From SAR324 cluster bacterium (GTDB lineage Bacteria > SAR324 > NAC60-12): 32,000 bases of DNA. Every line of letters starts with the position of its first letter. The first letter of the stretch is position 1. Under the pieces are notes generated by a model. It made no database searches and was not told the DNA's origin. It was given only the letters and a program-made list of their open reading frames with translations. This document shows, one piece after another, positions 26,131 through 32,000 of this stretch. Made by a program: the position numbers and the translations under genes. Location of the stretch: the NCBI GenBank assembly GCA_015232315.1, contig JADFZZ010000041.1:1402-33401 (forward strand). The letters run 5' to 3'.

Positions 26131-26829
26131 ATGCTCTATCGACAATGGATGTTTGCCGGGTATATCGGCATGGGACTGATCTTGATGAGTCTGCTTATCG
26201 CCGCCACTTTTCCCCGGAAAATGAACACCATGCCGGACGGCTTTTTTACGCCCATCATCGCGTTTGAATTCATCGAAACACAGGAAGAAGTGCGGCAGTT
26301 CTTTGGTCCGATGGATTCAGCGGAGACCCTCAAACGAATTGAGGCCATGAACCGTGGAAACCGTTTTGATTATTTTTATATCGTTCTGTATGGCCCCTTC
26401 TTAATCAGTATTCTGCGCACCCTGTCTATTCAGGAAAAAAATCCGGTTTATCTTCAACTGATGATTTTGCCCCTATTGGCAATGACAGGGGACTTTCTGG
26501 AAAACAGGCAATTATTTGCCATCACCTCCGGGTTGGTTGCCCTTGAACCGATTGATCAGCACCTCGCCACCCTTCACTGGACCACCTGGATGAAATGGGG
26601 AAGCCTGACGATCTTTTTCGCCGCGTTGATTCCATATTTCCGGCACCAAAACCGTTTTGGGAAAATTTATGTTTTGCTGGCCTCGTCGGCCCTTGTGCTG
26701 GGCCTTGTGGCACTGATCCAACGCTCGGTAGTCAATGAAATTTTTGCACTGCTTATTATTGGACTGTTTGTTCTGTTACTGATTTATAGCCAGCTCAGAA
26801 TCATACATTATAAACGAATGGGACAATGA
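26131..26829 (+). CDS. polytopic inner-membrane protein of unknown function
   Basis: 232 aa with about 6 hydrophobic helices. AAGGA lies 4 nt upstream of the ATG. Its stop overlaps the next start (ATGA at 26826-26829). Confidence 0.7.
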   Translation: MLYRQWMFAGYIGMGLILMSLLIAATFPRKMNTMPDGFFTPIIAFEFIETQEEVRQFFGPMDSAETLKRIEAMNRGNRFDYFYIVLYGPFLISILRTLSIQEKNPVYLQLMILPLLAMTGDFLENRQLFAITSGLVALEPIDQHLATLHWTTWMKWGSLTIFFAALIPYFRHQNRFGKIYVLLASSALVLGLVALIQRSVVNEIFALLIIGLFVLLLIYSQLRIIHYKRMGQ

Positions 26830-28442
26830 GTTTTGTTGATCCTGAACAGGTGAACGTGACAACTGAACAAACAAGATACATCCTGGCCATTGACCTGGGT
26901 ACCTCCGGCCCCAAAGTCGCGCTGGTCTCCGTTCAAGGACAGGTGCTGGACTGTTTGGTTGAAAAAACGCCGCTGGAACTGTTTCCCGGAGGTGGTGCGG
27001 AACAAGCACCCGAGGACTGGTGGAATGCCATTGCCCGGGGAGTGAAAAAACTTCTCGCTAAAACCCGGATTCCGCCAGAGCAGATCATCGCGGTGAGCAA
27101 CACGACCCAGTGGTCGGGTACTGTCGCGGTGGACCGCCAGGGAAAACCATTGATGAATGCCATCATCTGGATGGATTCCCGTGGTGCCAAATATCTGAAA
27201 AGAATAACCGGTGGCATACTGAACTATGACGGTTATGATCTCAAAAAGCTGTTCAAATGGTTGAGGAAAACCGGCGGGCTCCCTTCACAGTCGGGCAAAG
27301 ACCCCGTTGCGCATATCCTGTTCATCAAGCATGAACTTCCTCAAATTTATCAAAATACCTATAAATTTCTGGAACCCAAAGATTATCTGAATCTGAAATT
27401 CACCGGAAAATTTGCCGCCGGGATGGACTCCATTGTATTGCACTGGCTTACAGACAACCGGGATATTCAGAACCTGCGCTATGATCAGGAACTCATCCGC
27501 ATGTCCACCATTGATCCGGACAAATTGCCTCCCTTGAAAAAAAGCACTGATACGCTGGGCCGGATTCTGCCCGAAATTGCCAGAGAACTGGGTTTGTCTG
27601 AAGACACGGTGGTTGTGATGGGAACGCCGGATATCCAGTCCGCCACGATCGGTTCCGGTGCCGTCAGGGATTATGAAGCGCATCTTTATATTGGAACATC
27701 TTCCTGGTTGACGTGCCATGTTCCCTTTAAAAAAACGGATATTCTCCTCAACATGGCCAGCATTCCCTCGGCGTTGCCCAATAAATATTTTGTGGCCAAC
27801 GAACAGGAATGTGCCGGCGTCTGCCTGACCTATCTCAAGGACAATCTGTTTGCCCGCAAAGATGAACTCAATACCAATCCCAAAACGCGAAATGTGTATG
27901 AAATTTTTAATCAAATGGCAGAAAAAGTTCCTCCCGGCAGCAACAAGGTCATCTTCACCCCCTGGCTTTATGGAGAACGAACCCCGGTGGAAGATCATAC
28001 CATACGTGGCGGATTTCATAACCTTTCCCTCCATACAACCCGGGATCACATGATTCGTGCGGTATTTGAAGGTGTCGCGCTGAACTCACGCTGGCTGTTG
28101 CAATCCGTAGAAAAATTTGTCAAACGGCCCTTTCCCCAAATCACCATGATTGGCGGAGGTGCCATTTCTGATCTGTGGTGCCAGATTCACGCGGATATTC
28201 TGAACCGGCCGATCCGTCAGGTAAAAAATCCGATCGAAACCAATGTCCGGGGTGCGGCCATGCTGGCTTCACTGTCGCTTGGACTGATCACTGTGGACCA
28301 AATCGCCGAACAGGTTCCCATCGCGAATACCTGGAATCCCCGACCGGAACATAGAGCCTTGTATGATGAACTGTTTGAAAGTTTTCTGGAAATCTATCAC
28401 CAGAACCGCCGCATCCATGCCCGGCTGAACCGTCAAAAATAG
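26826..28442 (+). CDS. FGGY-family carbohydrate/polyol kinase (xylulokinase-like)
   Basis: N-terminal [16 protein letters not shown] (the DxGT phosphate-1 motif) and C-terminal [23 protein letters not shown]. The 538-aa length is typical of the FGGY family. Substrate cannot be assigned. Confidence 0.85.
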   Translation: MSFVDPEQVNVTTEQTRYILAIDLGTSGPKVALVSVQGQVLDCLVEKTPLELFPGGGAEQAPEDWWNAIARGVKKLLAKTRIPPEQIIAVSNTTQWSGTVAVDRQGKPLMNAIIWMDSRGAKYLKRITGGILNYDGYDLKKLFKWLRKTGGLPSQSGKDPVAHILFIKHELPQIYQNTYKFLEPKDYLNLKFTGKFAAGMDSIVLHWLTDNRDIQNLRYDQELIRMSTIDPDKLPPLKKSTDTLGRILPEIARELGLSEDTVVVMGTPDIQSATIGSGAVRDYEAHLYIGTSSWLTCHVPFKKTDILLNMASIPSALPNKYFVANEQECAGVCLTYLKDNLFARKDELNTNPKTRNVYEIFNQMAEKVPPGSNKVIFTPWLYGERTPVEDHTIRGGFHNLSLHTTRDHMIRAVFEGVALNSRWLLQSVEKFVKRPFPQITMIGGGAISDLWCQIHADILNRPIRQVKNPIETNVRGAAMLASLSLGLITVDQIAEQVPIANTWNPRPEHRALYDELFESFLEIYHQNRRIHARLNRQK

Positions 28443-28449
28443 GAATGAC

Positions 28450-30003
28450 ATGAGCCTGCTACAAAATCTGAAAGCCACCATTGCCCAAGCCAATCCCAAA
28501 CCGTTGACTGACCTGCTTCAGCATCTGGACAAACTCCCGTTTTTGCCGGAAATCGAGAAATATCTGAAAAAATTTCCCCTGGTGAATGATTTGCTGGAAA
28601 AACAATACACACAGATTATGAAAGATCTGGAACAGTCCAGCAAACCCTACCGCAACGATTTTGCCACCCACACCTGTATTCCGAAAAAGGGAATCAACCG
28701 GGACGCTGTTTTGCAGGATATGCGAGCCATGCGTGATCTTGAAATTTCGCGCTGGAAAGACGGTTATGTGTCAGGTGCGGTTTATCATGGCGATGAACAG
28801 CACATTGATTTTCTGAATCAGGTGTATGCGCTCCATTCCCAAAGCAATCCGCTTCATTCCGATTTATGGCCCAGCATCACCAAGTTTGAAGCTGAAATTG
28901 TCGCCATGACCGCTCACATGCTGGGATCTTCGCAAAACAGTCCTGCGAAGGATGTTTGTGGAGTAGTGACCTCCGGTGGAACAGAAAGCATCTTGCTGGC
29001 CATGAAAACCTATCGTGATCACGCACGGGAAACACGAGGTATCCTTAAACCTGAAATGGTGGTTCCAGTCACCGTTCATGCGGCCTTCGACAAAGCCTCA
29101 CAGTATTTCAACATCAAGATGGTTCGCGTCCCTGTTGGACGGGATTATCGCACAAATATCCGTGCCGCAAAAAAAGCGGTCAACAGCAACACGATTGTCA
29201 TGGTTGGTTCGTCACCCTCGTTTCCGCATGGAGTGATCGACCCGATTGAAGAACTTTCCACGTTTGCCCTGGAAAAAGGAATTGGATTTCATACAGATGC
29301 CTGTCTGGGAGGATTTCTGCTACCGTGGGCTGAAAAACTGGGTTATGCGGTGCCGCCCTTTGATTTCAGACTTCCCGGTGTGACTTCCATTTCAGCGGAT
29401 ACCCATAAATTTGGTTATGCGGCCAAAGGAACCTCGGTGATTCTTTACCGAACGCCAGAACTCAGACATTATCAATATTACACGGTGGCCGACTGGCCGG
29501 GAGGCATGTATTTTTCCCCCACGTTTGCCGGTAGTCGTCCCGGCGCGCTGATCGCGGCATGTTGGGCCGCAATGGTCTCTATGGGGGAACAGGGCTATAT
29601 GGATGCCGCCGGAAAAATATTAAAAACCGCGGATACCATCAAACGTGAAATTCGAAACATTCCCGAACTGCATCTTTTGGGGGATCCGTTGTGGGTGATT
29701 TCGTTTGCCTCCAAAACCCTGGATATTTACAGAATCATGGATTACATGACCCAGAAACACTGGAACCTGAATGGCTTGCACAAGCCCTCTGCCGTGCATC
29801 TGTGCGTCACGCTCCGACATACCCAGACAGGTGTGGCAGAACGGTTTATCCAGGATCTTAAAGAAGCGGTGGCTTATGTGAGGCTCCAACCCAAAACCCG
29901 TGGCGGCATGGCACCCGTTTATGGACTGGCGGCCACACTTCCTGCCAAGGGCGTGATTGGGGACATGCTCAAACGTTATATGGATGTCTTGTATAAAGCC
30001 TGA
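28450..30003 (+). CDS. PLP-dependent group II decarboxylase-fold enzyme, sphingosine-1-phosphate-lyase-like
   Basis: [10 protein letters not shown]...[22 protein letters not shown] and [20 protein letters not shown] (PLP-lysine in HK) closely parallel the eukaryotic SPL motifs as I recall them (SNPLHPDIFPG..KIEAEIV; SADTHKYGFAPKGSSV). 517 aa, no N-terminal TM helix. Confidence 0.8.
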   Translation: MSLLQNLKATIAQANPKPLTDLLQHLDKLPFLPEIEKYLKKFPLVNDLLEKQYTQIMKDLEQSSKPYRNDFATHTCIPKKGINRDAVLQDMRAMRDLEISRWKDGYVSGAVYHGDEQHIDFLNQVYALHSQSNPLHSDLWPSITKFEAEIVAMTAHMLGSSQNSPAKDVCGVVTSGGTESILLAMKTYRDHARETRGILKPEMVVPVTVHAAFDKASQYFNIKMVRVPVGRDYRTNIRAAKKAVNSNTIVMVGSSPSFPHGVIDPIEELSTFALEKGIGFHTDACLGGFLLPWAEKLGYAVPPFDFRLPGVTSISADTHKFGYAAKGTSVILYRTPELRHYQYYTVADWPGGMYFSPTFAGSRPGALIAACWAAMVSMGEQGYMDAAGKILKTADTIKREIRNIPELHLLGDPLWVISFASKTLDIYRIMDYMTQKHWNLNGLHKPSAVHLCVTLRHTQTGVAERFIQDLKEAVAYVRLQPKTRGGMAPVYGLAATLPAKGVIGDMLKRYMDVLYKA

Positions 30004-30006
30004 GTT

Positions 30007-30528
30007 ATGTCAAATCTTCGTTATCGCATTTCATCCTTTATCGTCATTTTCTGCATTGTTCTCGCCCAGACAAGCCACGCCTTGCCGCTTAAAACAGAAA
30101 TCCTCAACGACAAGGAACAGCCTGTCGCAAAAGTGCTGGTTTACATTGATTTTGTGGAAATTCTGGATATGTCCGACAACCTTCAGGGCAAAGTTGGCAT
30201 TTTCAACAATCAGGGCAATCTTGAACTGTTCATTGTGAAGGAAGATAACCTGAAATCAGTGGTTGGCAGAGCATTTGATCGGAAACTGTATGATGCCAAT
30301 GATCAACTGGTGGGCTATTATGACTGGAGCACTTTCTGGGTCTATGCCTATTCCCCCACCGGAAAAAAACTGGGACAGGCCAAATGCATTGCGTTTCGTG
30401 GCGTATGCGCGGCAGGAGTTGCCACCTATCTGACTGAATTATTGACAAAACCTCTTGTAACTCCCGGTGGAACTCCTAACATTGCCCAACCTGAAACAAT
30501 TCAGGACGGCGGCGTCACACTGGAATAA
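30007..30528 (+). CDS. small secreted protein of unknown function
   Basis: 173 aa, starting 3 nt after the SPL-like gene. N-terminal signal peptide ISSFIVIFCIVLAQTSHA-LP. No recognisable domain. Confidence 0.65.
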   Translation: MSNLRYRISSFIVIFCIVLAQTSHALPLKTEILNDKEQPVAKVLVYIDFVEILDMSDNLQGKVGIFNNQGNLELFIVKEDNLKSVVGRAFDRKLYDANDQLVGYYDWSTFWVYAYSPTGKKLGQAKCIAFRGVCAAGVATYLTELLTKPLVTPGGTPNIAQPETIQDGGVTLE

Positions 30529-30570
30529 TTGATTGCCGGAATCAATGACACATTACCTTCATGGAACCTC

Positions 30571-31314
30571 ATGGAACGTTTATCTTTAACCCAGGCCTGT
30601 GAAAAAATGGGAATCTCCAGAGTTTCCCTGAATAAACTGATGCGAGAACAGGGAATCAAGACTTCCCGATCCGGAAAAATCCAGACGATTACCATTGACC
30701 AGTATGAAGTCTTGAGATCCGCGCAGAAAAGAACGCTGACCCCTGAACTGTTGCCCACCCCCACGATTCATGAAATTCTCCCGGCCTTGTCAACAACCAT
30801 GGATCCTTCCGTTGAACGACTCGTCCGAACTCTGGAAACACAAATTGAGTTTTTAAAGCATCAATTACGACTTGAGGAAAATTCAACGGCTGATACAGCC
30901 AGTCTGGAAATTGAATTGTTGCACGAACACATCCGGATGCTAAAGACACAACTGGCTGAAATGAGGGACCGTGAACGCATGTTGCTGGAATTGAATCAAA
31001 CCCTCACCGAAAACAACATCAAACTGTCTGAAAGTTACAATCAGATCCATCAACTGCTGGTGAAAACACAGGAAGCAAACGCGGAACTCAGAACAGACAT
31101 TCGCACAATGGAAACTTTGGCCGAAGAAGCATCAGCCAATAATACACCACCCCCACCCATTCCTGTGAATGAGAACAGATCCATGGTTTCGGCGCTTCTC
31201 AAGCGGACGTTGCCCATCCTTGGACGAGGGGCCTCCGTGCCCCCTGCGCCCGCCCGAGACAAACAAAAGAATCCTCCACATAAAAATTTTTCTAAAAACA
31301 AACGTTCTTCGTGA
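30571..31314 (+). CDS. HTH (excisionase/MerR-like) plus coiled-coil protein with basic Pro-rich tail
   Basis: MERLSLTQACEKMGISRVSLNKLMREQGI looks like a helix-turn-helix. It is followed by about 110 aa of coiled-coil and a PPPPIP / KQKNPPHKNFSKNKR tail. ATG 30571 is preferred; TTG 30529, immediately after the upstream stop, is possible. Confidence 0.6.
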   Translation: MERLSLTQACEKMGISRVSLNKLMREQGIKTSRSGKIQTITIDQYEVLRSAQKRTLTPELLPTPTIHEILPALSTTMDPSVERLVRTLETQIEFLKHQLRLEENSTADTASLEIELLHEHIRMLKTQLAEMRDRERMLLELNQTLTENNIKLSESYNQIHQLLVKTQEANAELRTDIRTMETLAEEASANNTPPPPIPVNENRSMVSALLKRTLPILGRGASVPPAPARDKQKNPPHKNFSKNKRSS

Positions 31315-31320
31315 ACGGGT

Positions 31321-31665
31321 TCAGGCAAGAAAACACGATAACTCGACAAATGCCATCAATTCCTCTTCCAGTTCGGAAGAAATCCCTGAATCCGCAGGGA
31401 ACCATGGCATACCTTGATCAAAGACCGTGTGGTGTTCACACTCCAGACACTGGTATTTGGGGGGATGCACTTTGATATAGGTGTTCCCCAGCAAGGGAAA
31501 AGGCCGCATGGTGGTTTCTCCGCGAACGTCCAGGCGATGGTTCGTCATATAGCCACAAACCGGACAGATTCCCCATGTCGAATCAATATCCACACTGATG
31601 ATCATGCTTTTATCAGCCAGTAATTGACAATCTGTAATTTGAATATCATAGGCTTGGTGTTCCAT
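31321..31665 (-). CDS. 114-aa zinc-ribbon protein resembling the N-terminal zf domain of ISL3-family transposases (probable transposase remnant)
   Basis: Strong AAGGAGG lies 5 nt upstream of ATG 31665, which is why I prefer this start to the ORF-track start at 31791. The pattern MIISVDIDSTWGICPVCG...H..R..P..G......PPKYQCLECEH mirrors the ISL3 N-terminus (beta-segment, CxxCG, about 30 aa, (R/K)(Y/W)xCxxC). No DDE catalytic domain follows. Confidence 0.4.
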   Translation of the reverse strand: MEHQAYDIQITDCQLLADKSMIISVDIDSTWGICPVCGYMTNHRLDVRGETTMRPFPLLGNTYIKVHPPKYQCLECEHHTVFDQGMPWFPADSGISSELEEELMAFVELSCFLA

Positions 31666-31735
31666 TGTGTCCTCCTTGTTGAAAAAGACATTTTCCATAT
31701 TCTGAAATTTCTGGCGGTTTTCCCTATGCCCCGGT

Positions 31736-31987
31736 TTACTGACGCGCCACGAATCCATCCGTGTTGCGCGTGCACTGATTCGTTTCAGCAATAACTTTCC
31801 ATTTGTTGCTCATCACCGTCAAATAATCATTATTTTCAGCAAATTGAGCCAGTTCAGCCCCCTGCATTTCAAGCAGTAGATTTTGCCGGGCCAACTGAAT
31901 CGCCTGATTTTGATTCACCTGATAGAGCCACACGGTGATACCTGTCAAAACCAGCAGGACTACAAGCATCAACCGTCGAAGGAGCAC
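31736..31987 (-). CDS. small membrane-anchored hypothetical protein (start uncertain, frame open to window edge)
   Basis: 83 aa from GTG 31987 (an ATG lies 6 codons later). N-terminal hydrophobic anchor LMLVVLLVLTGITVWL, then a polar domain. The reading frame has no stop before nt 32000, so it may extend beyond the window. Confidence 0.4.
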   Translation of the reverse strand: MLLRRLMLVVLLVLTGITVWLYQVNQNQAIQLARQNLLLEMQGAELAQFAENNDYLTVMSNKWKVIAETNQCTRNTDGFVARQ

Positions 31988-32000
31988 ATCGGCTGTCAGA

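Noticed and set aside
1-32000. Scan for tRNA/rRNA genes, CRISPR repeat-spacer arrays, SECIS-bearing TGA-interrupted ORFs, group II intron or retron-like structures
   Set aside because: No regularly spaced direct repeats, no T-loop/acceptor-like tRNA signatures and no rRNA-like conserved stretches were recognised by eye. Every gap over 150 bp is accounted for above. This was a visual scan only; tRNAscan-SE, Infernal and CRISPR finders should confirm it.

Overview
32-kb bacterial chromosomal window, densely coding on both strands (about 28 protein genes). I found no rRNA, tRNA or CRISPR array by eye. Housekeeping anchors are smc (4267-7851), ilvD (12925-14778), selB (16717-18660, minus) and aroC (21979-23073, minus). 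An OmpA-C-like lipoprotein, lipoboxes and a sigma54 enhancer-binding protein point to a Gram-negative-type organism; the taxon cannot be determined from this window. Accessory or unexplained content: (i) a translationally coupled SNF2-family ATPase plus a 386-aa cysteine-rich partner of unknown function sit directly upstream of smc, and the whole block is bracketed by two diverged DUF4160/DUF2442 two-gene cassettes. (ii) A PAS-containing sigma54 response regulator is paired with a hybrid PAS histidine kinase. (iii) A 190-bp element with 36-nt imperfect terminal inverted repeats and C5/G5 hairpins lies between convergent genes. (iv) An NRDE (TANGO2-like) gene overlaps the selB start and is preceded by a CCTTT-rich leader with two anti-Shine-Dalgarno-like CCUCCUUU copies. 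(v) A tightly packed six-gene plus-strand operon (23260-31314) encodes a 952-aa orphan helical protein, a polytopic membrane protein, an FGGY-family kinase, a sphingosine-1-phosphate-lyase-like PLP enzyme, a small secreted protein and an HTH/coiled-coil protein; it ends next to a short ISL3-transposase-like zinc-finger ORF. I consider (i) and (v) the best candidates for an undescribed system. All functional calls rest on motifs I recognise in the translations; no database search or computation was possible.
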